The notes under the pieces are model-generated. The model saw nothing but the letters and a program-made list of their open reading frames with translations. It had not been told where the DNA came from and ran no database searches. Below, piece by piece: positions 1 through 7,914 of a DNA stretch of 12,286 nucleotides. Source of the stretch: Candidatus Heimdallarchaeota archaeon (GTDB taxonomy: Archaea; Asgardarchaeota; Heimdallarchaeia; Heimdallarchaeales; Heimdallarchaeaceae); the NCBI GenBank assembly GCA_021399395.1, contig JAAFKJ010000064.1, positions 1 through 12,286 on the forward strand, given 5' to 3'. Both the position numbers and the translations under genes were made by a program. Position 1 is the stretch's first letter. Each line of letters opens with the position of its first letter.

Positions 1-699
1 GCAGTAAAAGCTGCTCCAGCTTTACCAAGAGCACCTCCCGCTCCTATACCAGTTGGTCCAGCAGCTGAAAACATCTCAGCCAACTATGTTGTAGCAGGTT
101 CCGCAAGAGATTATCCTAAAGACGATTTCAAAAGATTCTGGATGAAAACTTGGGATGGATCTGGTATTGCTGAGAAAGTCCTATTAATTATAGCACTATT
201 CTTCTTACTAACAGGTGCAATAACTACCACATGGTATATTTTAGCAGTCTTCCCAATAACCCTAATTGGCATTGCAATTCTAGTATTCTTCACCAATCGT
301 AACCGACGTGAAAAACTGATTAGATTAGTTGAAAGTCATGGAGCTCTCTATATCAGTGATGCTGCAAGAATACTACGAACATCTACCGAGTTCATTAGAA
401 TGGATGCATGGAAGATAGTAAACCTTGGATTAGCCCCTATAGCATTTGATACTCAAAACCATATCCTCTTTGACGTCACTAAAGTCGATCCATCCAAGGT
501 TGGTAAAGTGTCTGCACAAGCAGAGAAAATTCACGCTGAATTAGTATCTGAAGTATCTAAGCAAGAAGAACAAGAAGATAAGAAAGTAGAAGAGGTTGTT
601 TTAGGCGAGGAAGTTAAGTGCCCTTTCTGTGACAGTGATAACCCCCCTGACTCTTCATTCTGCATAAAATGTGGCGCAAGCCTCAAACCTGCAAAATAA
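1..699 (+). CDS. 5'-truncated membrane protein: Pro/Ala-rich linker, two-TM hairpin, PCI/winged-helix-like domain, C-terminal zinc ribbon
   Basis: The frame of track ORF 142..699 is open back to base 1 (AVKAAPALPRAPPAPIPVGPAAENISANYVVAGSARDYPKDDFKRFWMKTW...), so the true start lies upstream of the window. It has hydrophobic segments VLLIIALFFLLTGAI and ILAVFPITLIGIAILVFF, a wHTH-like stretch LYISDAARILRTSTEFIRMDAWKIVNLGLAPIAFD and a CPFC-x10-CIKC zinc ribbon. A T-rich tract follows the stop. Confidence 0.8.
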   Translation, partial: AVKAAPALPRAPPAPIPVGPAAENISANYVVAGSARDYPKDDFKRFWMKTWDGSGIAEKVLLIIALFFLLTGAITTTWYILAVFPITLIGIAILVFFTNRNRREKLIRLVESHGALYISDAARILRTSTEFIRMDAWKIVNLGLAPIAFDTQNHILFDVTKVDPSKVGKVSAQAEKIHAELVSEVSKQEEQEDKKVEEVVLGEEVKCPFCDSDNPPDSSFCIKCGASLKPAK

Positions 700-741
700 C
701 TTTTTCTACTCTTCTTCACCTTTTCTTTTTTTTATTTTTTC
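700..741 (+). terminator. Archaeal oligo-T/pyrimidine-rich terminator
   Basis: CTTTTTCTACTCTTCTTCACCTTTTCTTTTTTTTATTTTTTC immediately follows the TAA at 699, in a convergent intergenic gap. Confidence 0.65.
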
Positions 742-2544
742 TTACCTAATATGTAGATTAGGACATGTTATGAAACTTTCATCTCTTATTTCTCTTTCAA
801 CAGGTTCCATAAAGGATTGGTCAACTAGCTTACCTTTAGTGTTATAGAATCTCCACCAGATACAAGTTTTGAGTTTTGGAATAATCTTCTCATCGATGAA
901 CTGTTCTTTCTCCTCAGGATCTACCATCAGTTCCTTGTAGTCTTCTTGATCATCTTCAGTAATGAAGAGATAATATTTCCTTATATCATCATTGAGTATC
1001 TGTTGTTTAACTGTAAATAACCATTCATCAAAACGAATCTTTTCATCTTCTGACATGATTCTATGGTTGGGAGGTACGTAAGTTACCCCATACCCTCTAG
1101 CTTCTTCTCCTTCTTCATCTTTCTCAATTTTGTAATCAGTCTTATTTCTCAAATTATCAAAGTAGTTGATAGGACCTTTACCTGATACACCTATACACAA
1201 ATACTCAGTACTCTTCCATAATGATCGTTGATACATATGGTCATGACCAAAGACAGCTGCACTTACACCATATTCATCAAACAGAGGAGTTAGACAAGAT
1301 TGAGCTACTGAGTCAGAGTTATTTCTTGCTCTTCCGAAGTAACCTATAGTAAAGATCGCTGAATGCAAGAATACATAACAGAACTGAGGACCTATGCCCT
1401 CATTAGCTCGTCTTCTCCACATACTTAATTCTCGATTCAACCATTCCCATTGACGACTGTCGCAAGTTATACTTTCATTTCCCCAAGTCAAACCGACAGA
1501 GTCCAAGTGTATCATGAAGACATTACCTTCAGTGTGAGAGTAGAATGCACCAGTATGTTTACCGGGTGTTTGAACATATATGTGGAAGTGTTTTTGTGTT
1601 CTATTTGCACCACCAAACCATGCACCTTTGCAGAACCCACCGTTGAAATAATCGTGATTACCTATAGTTGGGGAGAAAACTATTCTTGCTAGATTCGGGT
1701 TTGCACAAGTGAACAAATCAGCCCAATGTTGATGGTATGATCCGTTATCAATGTTATCACCACTTGTTGTAAATACTTGATAGCCTTTATTGAATGTGTA
1801 TTCCATTTCATTGACATGAATATCATTCATAAGTTTATTTAGAATGGGATTTGTTCTCACACCACAGCCTTTACCCTTACCACGTTTGAAGCGAGCTTTA
1901 TGCCCTCCATGTAAATCTGAAGTTGATACAAAGAAAATTGGTTGTTTAGTATCTTCCACAGCTGCAACAAATTCTATAACTTTTGAAGATCCAACTAAAA
2001 TGTCATTCTCATCATAACATTCTATCCTATAGTGATAATCCTTCTTATGCTCAAGATTTTCAATTAACCCTAGAAACAGCTGAGGTTGAGATGATATTGG
2101 ATGATAATTAAATGACGAAGAATGCTTCATAGGTATAAGCGCTAGCTCACACAAATCATCATTAAACAAACGTATTAGGCATTTTCCCTTGAGTTTGCTT
2201 AGAAAAGGTTTCTTCTTATTAACTTCTACTATTTCCTTTACTCTGTTGGGTTTTAGATAGCCATAGTCAAGGTAAAGTGTTACCAAAACTCTAGATGGGT
2301 CATCCTTAATTCTCTGTAGATAATATTTATCTATAACAAACTTAACTGGAGGAAGTTTTTCCTCTATATTCTCTTCTGTAGAATAAGGTTTGTACTCTAC
2401 TTCTTCAAAATCGTCTAATTCGATTGCATAGAAGTTCTCCTCCTCTGCCAATCTTCTACGAATAGATTCTTTTATCTTGATTCTATATCCTCTTGATGGA
2501 ATTTTTTCTTCTGGAGGAATAATATTTGGTTTATCTTTAGTCAT
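742..2544 (-). CDS. Calcineurin-like metallophosphoesterase (purple acid phosphatase-like architecture, no signal peptide)
   Basis: All five metal-binding motifs occur in order: SDLHG, SGDNIDNG, IGNHDY, FLHSA and FGHDHMYQR. They are preceded by an FN3-like segment (LIENLEHKKDYHYRIEC). The track starts at TTG 2568; ATG 2544 (MTKDKP) is preferred because a TATA-like TTTTAAA lies 26 nt upstream. Confidence 0.88.
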   Translation of the reverse strand: MTKDKPNIIPPEEKIPSRGYRIKIKESIRRRLAEEENFYAIELDDFEEVEYKPYSTEENIEEKLPPVKFVIDKYYLQRIKDDPSRVLVTLYLDYGYLKPNRVKEIVEVNKKKPFLSKLKGKCLIRLFNDDLCELALIPMKHSSSFNYHPISSQPQLFLGLIENLEHKKDYHYRIECYDENDILVGSSKVIEFVAAVEDTKQPIFFVSTSDLHGGHKARFKRGKGKGCGVRTNPILNKLMNDIHVNEMEYTFNKGYQVFTTSGDNIDNGSYHQHWADLFTCANPNLARIVFSPTIGNHDYFNGGFCKGAWFGGANRTQKHFHIYVQTPGKHTGAFYSHTEGNVFMIHLDSVGLTWGNESITCDSRQWEWLNRELSMWRRRANEGIGPQFCYVFLHSAIFTIGYFGRARNNSDSVAQSCLTPLFDEYGVSAAVFGHDHMYQRSLWKSTEYLCIGVSGKGPINYFDNLRNKTDYKIEKDEEGEEARGYGVTYVPPNHRIMSEDEKIRFDEWLFTVKQQILNDDIRKYYLFITEDDQEDYKELMVDPEEKEQFIDEKIIPKLKTCIWWRFYNTKGKLVDQSFMEPVEREIRDESFITCPNLHIR

Positions 2545-2570
2545 CTCAAGTAGGAATAATAATATCAATC

Positions 2571-2577
2571 TTTAAAA
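2571..2577 (-). promoter_or_regulatory. Putative TATA box for the metallophosphoesterase (leaderless or short leader)
   Basis: Minus-strand GTAAAA-TTTTAAA (purine-rich BRE-like sequence plus TATA-like box) ends 26 nt before ATG 2544. Confidence 0.45.
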
Positions 2578-2600
2578 TTTTACTGAAAAGGATGGTATTT

Positions 2601-3206
2601 TTAGCTAATATGACACATATGATTGACAGATTCGATTAGAAAATTGTCCTTACCACCCTTATTTGTATAAATAATCTCATTTATACAACAATTATCCTGC
2701 TTAAGATTATCGAAAATTAACTCAGAAGAACCTAGTATTTTTAAAATAACAGATCTATTACATCCTCCATGAGTTAGAATTAGTATATTTTCCTTTTCCT
2801 TATTCATCTTAGCTATATTCTCGAAGATAGCCCATACTCTGTTAACAAATACCCCTGTTGTTTCTCCACCAATTTTAACCATTAGGTCATCAAATTTTTC
2901 TAGAGTATCTAGTTCACCCAAGAATTCATCTACACCCCTCCCATCATACTTACCTAACGAGTGTTCTCTTAACTCTTCATAGTATGTGACAGGAACATTC
3001 AAGGTAGAATTGATGATCTTAGTTGTTTCTACTGTACGTATTAAATCAGAACTGAAAATTGCTTCTATTCCTTTGTCTTTTAGTTCATTAGCTAAATCTT
3101 GTGCTTGCTTTTTACCAGTCTCATTTAATGGAATTGGAAGATGACCCATAATGAGTCTGTTTTTGTTGTAATCGGTTTCACCATGTCGACAAAGATAGAT
3201 TTTCAT
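2601..3206 (-). CDS. Histidine phosphatase family protein (PhoE/GpmB/CobC-like)
   Basis: N-terminal LCRHGET catalytic motif, SSDLIRT, LREHSLG and the late ILTHGG motif; 201 aa. Confidence 0.95.
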   Translation of the reverse strand: MKIYLCRHGETDYNKNRLIMGHLPIPLNETGKKQAQDLANELKDKGIEAIFSSDLIRTVETTKIINSTLNVPVTYYEELREHSLGKYDGRGVDEFLGELDTLEKFDDLMVKIGGETTGVFVNRVWAIFENIAKMNKEKENILILTHGGCNRSVILKILGSSELIFDNLKQDNCCINEIIYTNKGGKDNFLIESVNHMCHIS

Positions 3207-3207
3207 C

Positions 3208-3260
3208 AGAGTAGCAGAAACAAATGGATTAAAAAAGGTTAGGGAAGGGAAGAGTAGCAG
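3208..3260. repeat. 10-bp perfect direct repeat AGAGTAGCAG (3208-3217 and 3251-3260)
   Basis: Both copies are read directly from the 58-bp intergenic gap and bracket a TATA-like element at 3229-3236. Confidence 0.6.
3229..3236 (-). promoter_or_regulatory. Putative TATA box for the histidine phosphatase (may also serve as oligo-T terminator of the ABC operon)
   Basis: Minus-strand TTTTTTAA ends 22 nt upstream of ATG 3206. Confidence 0.35.
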
Positions 3261-3264
3261 TTAA

Positions 3265-4275
3265 TCATCTAACTACTCTAGTTAATTTTGCTCCACATCT
3301 AGGACATGAATAACTGCCTACAGGTATTTCTTCACCACATGTAGTACAGTTCTTGATTTTTCTTTCTCTTTGACCTTCTTGTCTTGATAATGGTTTCAAA
3401 ATAAAACCTTCTTTTGTTATGTCCCACGTATAAAGTAAAGTTCCTTGAAGCTCCTCCAGAGCTTTTTCAGGTATAGTTATCCTATTCTGATTATCTAAGA
3501 CTAAAAATCTTGAACTATCTAAGTCAGTTAGATCAATACCTTCAAGATGTTCTCCTATTAGAATTCCATCCCGAATTTCTAATGTCCGGTCTGAGAATTC
3601 TCCAACTATAGGATCATGAGAACAAAGCAAGTAGGAGGTACCAGTCTCTTCTTTAAGTTCTTTGAATAAATCAAGAATTTGAGTGGAAGTTTCAGTATCT
3701 ACATTCCCAGTTGGTTCGTCAGCAAAAATCAGACTTGGATTGTTTGCAAGAGCTCGCGCTATCGCAACACGTTGTTGTTCCCCACCAGAGATTCGTTTAG
3801 GTGTGTGATCTCTTCTGTGCCAAATACCTAAGGTCTCCATTAGCTCTTTTACTTTCTGTTTTCTCTTAGCAAATGGAGTGCTAATAAGTTTCATTGGCAT
3901 CTCAATATTTTTCTCAGCAGATAGGTAAGGAATAAGATTTTGTTCTTGAAAGATGTAGCCTATATTATGTCTCCTAAAATCGAATTGATCTTCTTCTGGA
4001 AGTTTAGTTATATCAGTTCCATCAGTATAGAATATTTGACCTGCAGTTGGTTTAAGCATACCACCTAAAGCTAAAAGGAGTGTACTTTTTCCCGACCCTG
4101 AAGGACCAATTATTCCAAGAATCTCTCCTTTTTTGATATCAAAACTTACTCCTTTGAGTGCAACAACTTTGTTCTGATGTTCCAATCCATATACATGGTA
4201 AATATCCACTGCTTGTAACGCAAGATCTTCGGGTAGAGGTTCAATCTGGACTTTTCGTTTCATATCTCCATACAT
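3265..4275 (-). CDS. ABC transporter ATP-binding protein (LolD/MacB/FtsE-like) with C-terminal AbrB/MazE-like domain and zinc ribbon
   Basis: Walker [11 protein letters not shown]-loop YIFQEQNL, signature ISGGEQQR, Walker B/D-loop [12 protein letters not shown] and H-loop CSHD. The tail contains [19 protein letters not shown] and CTTC-x10-CPRC. The track's GTG 4284 lies inside a GAGGTGA SD (4281-4287), so ATG 4275 is the more likely start (4278 and 4263 are alternatives). Confidence 0.93.
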   Translation of the reverse strand: MYGDMKRKVQIEPLPEDLALQAVDIYHVYGLEHQNKVVALKGVSFDIKKGEILGIIGPSGSGKSTLLLALGGMLKPTAGQIFYTDGTDITKLPEEDQFDFRRHNIGYIFQEQNLIPYLSAEKNIEMPMKLISTPFAKRKQKVKELMETLGIWHRRDHTPKRISGGEQQRVAIARALANNPSLIFADEPTGNVDTETSTQILDLFKELKEETGTSYLLCSHDPIVGEFSDRTLEIRDGILIGEHLEGIDLTDLDSSRFLVLDNQNRITIPEKALEELQGTLLYTWDITKEGFILKPLSRQEGQRERKIKNCTTCGEEIPVGSYSCPRCGAKLTRVVR

Positions 4276-4285
4276 CATAATCACC

Positions 4286-7105
4286 TCAGAATGTTCGCAT
4301 CTCCTCTACAACATTAGTTCTTGAAGCAATAATTGCAGGAACTAAGGTAGACATCAATATTATCACAAAAGAACCTAATACCGTCGCGAGTAGTATAAAT
4401 GGTGGATAAACTATTTGTCTGTTAAAAGATGTAATGCTGAAATTATCAAAGAATCCATTGAATTGATACCCTAAAATGAACCCTATAAATGTTCCAAACA
4501 AAGTTGCTAAAATTGCCATTGAAATCACTTCCGTGAGGACAAGTTTTATCAACTGTTTCTGCGAAGCCCCCTCAGAAATCAATATAGCAAATTCCTTCTT
4601 TCTTTGATTGATGATCATAAACATAAATAGAGATACACCGATAATTATTGCAAGAAGGGAAATAAGGAAATTGATGGTTAATAAACCTGGAAAACCAAAT
4701 CTTCGACCTTCTTGATCTTTGATTAATTCAATTTCTTCTTCATGGGTTTGTGCATATACAATCCACTCAAATTCAGAATTGAATTGTGACGAAAGATTCT
4801 CTTCGACTGGATCTACTTCAGGTTTGAAATTGATTATTGCTTTTGTTACTTCAAATGTAAACGGTGCATATGCAAAAATAAAATCTTGATCTACAAGCAT
4901 TGTGTAAAAGATATCTGTTTCAATAAAATCAAATATTCCTCCCATTGCCCCAAAAGAATAATCCATAATTTCACAGGGTGCATGGTCAATTGTTAGTGTT
5001 GCTTGAGCTTCATATTGTGATCCATCATAAGTAGTAAAATTAAATGTTGAATCATCCCCAATTTCTAAATATCTTGAAGTATCTACACCCACACCTACAT
5101 TTACTAAAGGATTATCCTTAAGCGTCTGCAATCCTTCATTCCAATCAGTATATTCAACAATAGAATCTGTGTGCCATAAAGCCTGATTTCCATATGTTGT
5201 TAAATTCGTTCCAAAACAAATTACAGGTGTTGCCCCTATATATAAAACGGTCATATAGATCGGGATTACTACTTCTATTTTATCTTCATAACCAACAAAA
5301 TCTGAAATAGAAAGATCATTCGAACCTGCAAGAATATCTACACGCATGTCACCACCAATATAGAAATCAGCATGTCTTACAATTTCAGCTGAACCCGTTT
5401 CTCCCTGTATTGCTCCAAAGACACATAATGAAACTGATAAGCAAAGTAGTACAGTCATTCGTGGAAAATTTTGGTGCCTTCTGGATAAACTACCTTTCAA
5501 CAGCACCCCTATATCTTTGAAGATTTTCACCAATAATTTATCTAATCTTACAGGTATTTTTGTTGATAATCTACTCACTATTTTAGCTGCTCCAAACCAT
5601 AGAAGAATTGGCGTAAATGCTTGTAACAATTCTACTGTGAATCCAAAAGCTACATTAGGATCAATGTCCTCAACAATTGTGAAAGCAACTCCTACTAAAC
5701 CAATTACGAAGAAGATTACGTCACCATAGATTTTCTTAAACCAGCTTACTTTTTCCTTTTCAACAGTTGTTGCCAAAGCAACTTCTTGCTGGATAAAAGC
5801 ATTAGTTTTCTTTCTTGTTGCCATAAAGAGAATAAACAACGTTACAACTGCCGTAGTAATAACACTCCAAGCTTCAATATTGAGCGCTGAGTAAGCAAAA
5901 GATAGCGTCGAGAAATCTATGGCCATAAAACTATAAGTAGAAAGCACTGTAGCTGCTCCAAAAGTGCCAAGAAATATACCTATAGCTTCTCCTACTATAG
6001 CTATCAAAAATACTTCCAGATAGATCATCATCCGGATTTGCTTGGGACTCGCACCTTGAGCTTTCAATACGGAAATTTCAAATTTTCTTTCTCGTATTGC
6101 AAGTTCCGCGCCTAGATTGATAAGAATCATGGATAAAACAATCGCAGGAATATAGAGAACTGCATCTATAATCTGCATGATAATAATTAAACCTTGATAA
6201 GCAAAAAGAACTCCCGATATTAGATTTCTCCCTTCTAAAGGAATTTTTTGTTCCATTCTTTTCAAGACAATCGTGATATATTCGTTGAATTTGATAAGAT
6301 TACTCAGGGGGAATTTAGTTAAATCTAGTTTCGTAGGAAGATGGTACATATTAAAAGCAGTAAGATTCCCAATTATAGTAGAATTGAAGCTGTCACTTCC
6401 AATAACCATATGTTGCTCATCTAAAAGTAATCCAGGATTAAAGAATCCTCTCACTGTTAAATTCATTGAATGAGTAATGACACCCACATCATCATAGGAA
6501 ATCCCATTAAACACTGTTTTGTTGAGGAAGAATGTAAATTGTAAAGTGTCATTTATCTGGATTCCAAGATTTTTATACTGATTTGATGATAATAGAATTC
6601 CATTATCATCTAAGTTATTTTCTCCAGCGATGATGTTGATTCTTTCGATTATAGAATTGTTTTCAAACTCAGAATCGACAATCATTGGATCATATAGGGG
6701 TCGTCCTAAATCCCACCCTATCTGTGTTGAGAAATTGAAATCTGGTAATAAGTACGAATAATACATGTTCCAGTAATCGTTTTTATCATAATGAGCATGA
6801 CGACCATAAACAACCACGCTGTCTTGAAATTCTTCTTCCTGCAAGATTAGATCTACTACTTCAGCTGGTGTATATCCAATATCTGTATCAGTAGGACGGA
6901 AGGTGACTTCAGCTTCAACATTATCGATCATATCCTGAACTGTAATTGAATTAATAATGGATCCATAGAAGAAGATACTAGAAAAAATTGCTGCACCAAG
7001 TATCATTCCTGCACCAATCGAAATACTTCGTCTTTTATTGGATATCATTGACCTAAAAGCAAAACCAATAAAAGAGAAAAATTTAGGGCGTTTAAGACGT
7101 TTCAT
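4286..7105 (-). CDS. FtsX-like/MacB-family ABC permease with two tandem FtsX repeats
   Basis: 939 aa. N-terminal AFRSMISNKRRS followed by a TM helix, two large extracytoplasmic domains and two FtsX signature segments (ERKFEISVLKAQGASPKQI and QRKKEFAILISEGASQKQL). It ends PAIIASRTNVVEEMR. It has an ATGA overlap with the upstream ATPase and a GGAGGT SD at 7112-7117. Confidence 0.93.
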   Translation of the reverse strand: MKRLKRPKFFSFIGFAFRSMISNKRRSISIGAGMILGAAIFSSIFFYGSIINSITVQDMIDNVEAEVTFRPTDTDIGYTPAEVVDLILQEEEFQDSVVVYGRHAHYDKNDYWNMYYSYLLPDFNFSTQIGWDLGRPLYDPMIVDSEFENNSIIERINIIAGENNLDDNGILLSSNQYKNLGIQINDTLQFTFFLNKTVFNGISYDDVGVITHSMNLTVRGFFNPGLLLDEQHMVIGSDSFNSTIIGNLTAFNMYHLPTKLDLTKFPLSNLIKFNEYITIVLKRMEQKIPLEGRNLISGVLFAYQGLIIIMQIIDAVLYIPAIVLSMILINLGAELAIRERKFEISVLKAQGASPKQIRMMIYLEVFLIAIVGEAIGIFLGTFGAATVLSTYSFMAIDFSTLSFAYSALNIEAWSVITTAVVTLFILFMATRKKTNAFIQQEVALATTVEKEKVSWFKKIYGDVIFFVIGLVGVAFTIVEDIDPNVAFGFTVELLQAFTPILLWFGAAKIVSRLSTKIPVRLDKLLVKIFKDIGVLLKGSLSRRHQNFPRMTVLLCLSVSLCVFGAIQGETGSAEIVRHADFYIGGDMRVDILAGSNDLSISDFVGYEDKIEVVIPIYMTVLYIGATPVICFGTNLTTYGNQALWHTDSIVEYTDWNEGLQTLKDNPLVNVGVGVDTSRYLEIGDDSTFNFTTYDGSQYEAQATLTIDHAPCEIMDYSFGAMGGIFDFIETDIFYTMLVDQDFIFAYAPFTFEVTKAIINFKPEVDPVEENLSSQFNSEFEWIVYAQTHEEEIELIKDQEGRRFGFPGLLTINFLISLLAIIIGVSLFMFMIINQRKKEFAILISEGASQKQLIKLVLTEVISMAILATLFGTFIGFILGYQFNGFFDNFSITSFNRQIVYPPFILLATVLGSFVIILMSTLVPAIIASRTNVVEEMRTF

Positions 7106-7848
7106 TTCTTAACCTCCTTCTTACCTTCATATTTAGAATCAAGAATCTTAGTTTGTTCCTTTAACACTTTCCCTTTTTGAAGAATGTATAATCTATCAGT
7201 CTCTCTTGCACTTAATGTATCATGAGTGACCATGATAATGGTTATTTTCTGTTCTTTAGCTAAATTCTTGAAAAGTGCAATTATATCCTTACCAGTGTGA
7301 GTATCTAGATTACCAGTAGGTTCATCAGCGTAGATGATATCAGGCTCATGGGCTAAAGCACGAGCAATAGCTACACGCTGCTGCTCCCCCCCACTTAATT
7401 CTTCAGGTAAGTGGTCTATACGAGCAAAAAGACCTACGATTTCAAGAAAATCTATAGCTTTACTTTCAGCTTCAGTCTCGATCACTCCCCTCAATTTCAT
7501 AGGAAGCTTAACATTCTCCTTAGCTGTTAAATATGGAATAAGAGCAAAGTTCTGAAAAACAACGGAAGACTTAGTTCGCCTTATTTGAAGCCTATCTTTA
7601 TAACTAGTATTATGTAGGTTAACTCCAGCAATTTTGACCTCTCCTTCAGTAATAGTCTCTAATGTTGCTAATATGTTTAGCAGAGTTGATTTACCGCTTC
7701 CAGAGGGCCCCATAACACCTATGAACTCACCTTTCTTAATTTTCAAGTCTACTCCAGTTAATACATGTACTAACTCTCCTCCTGGTAGTTGAAAATCTTT
7801 TATAAGACTTGTAGAATCAATCGCAACTTTACTTGATCTCTTAGCCAT
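7102..7848 (-). CDS. ABC transporter ATP-binding protein (LolD/MacB/FtsE-like)
   Basis: [44 protein letters not shown] and VTHD; 248 aa. Confidence 0.96.
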   Translation of the reverse strand: MAKRSSKVAIDSTSLIKDFQLPGGELVHVLTGVDLKIKKGEFIGVMGPSGSGKSTLLNILATLETITEGEVKIAGVNLHNTSYKDRLQIRRTKSSVVFQNFALIPYLTAKENVKLPMKLRGVIETEAESKAIDFLEIVGLFARIDHLPEELSGGEQQRVAIARALAHEPDIIYADEPTGNLDTHTGKDIIALFKNLAKEQKITIIMVTHDTLSARETDRLYILQKGKVLKEQTKILDSKYEGKKEVKK

Positions 7849-7868
7849 TTTGCTTATATTTGCAGAAG

Positions 7869-7878
7869 TATAAATAAA
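7869..7878 (-). promoter_or_regulatory. Putative TATA box of the ABC operon
   Basis: Minus-strand TTTATTTATA ends 20 nt upstream of ATG 7848. Confidence 0.4.
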
Positions 7879-7889
7879 GATAACTGATT

Positions 7890-7905
7890 AAAAAGAAAAG
7901 TAAAA
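7890..7905 (-). terminator. Oligo-T terminator downstream of the CorA-like gene
   Basis: Minus-strand TTTTACTTTTCTTTTT starts about 10 nt after TAG 7915. Confidence 0.5.
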
Positions 7906-7914
7906 GGTAGAATT

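Noticed and set aside
111-296. 61-aa minus-strand ORF
   Set aside because: Antisense shadow of the TM-coding part of the 1..699 gene, with no motifs.
531-719. 62-aa minus-strand ORF
   Set aside because: Antisense to the 1..699 gene; its Ser-rich composition mirrors GAA codons, and it starts within the terminator tract.
1450-1692. 80-aa Cys-rich plus-strand ORF
   Set aside because: Lies wholly antisense within the catalytic domain of the metallophosphoesterase, with no expression signals.
2545-2568. Hydrophobic MILLFLLE N-terminus as a signal peptide for the metallophosphoesterase
   Set aside because: It depends on a TTG start lying between the TATA-like box and the better ATG at 2544, and it is too short for a signal peptide.
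5517-6473. Two short plus-strand ORFs (5517..5729, 6273..6473)
   Set aside because: Antisense shadows inside the FtsX-like permease.
3700-7400. Nucleotide similarity between the two ABC ATPase genes as a possible repeat or recent duplication
   Set aside because: Similarity is limited to conserved motifs and synonymous sites differ, so these are old paralogues rather than a DNA repeat.
7334-7555. 73-aa plus-strand ORF ([17 protein letters not shown])
   Set aside because: Classic antisense translation of the ABC signature region [15 protein letters not shown].
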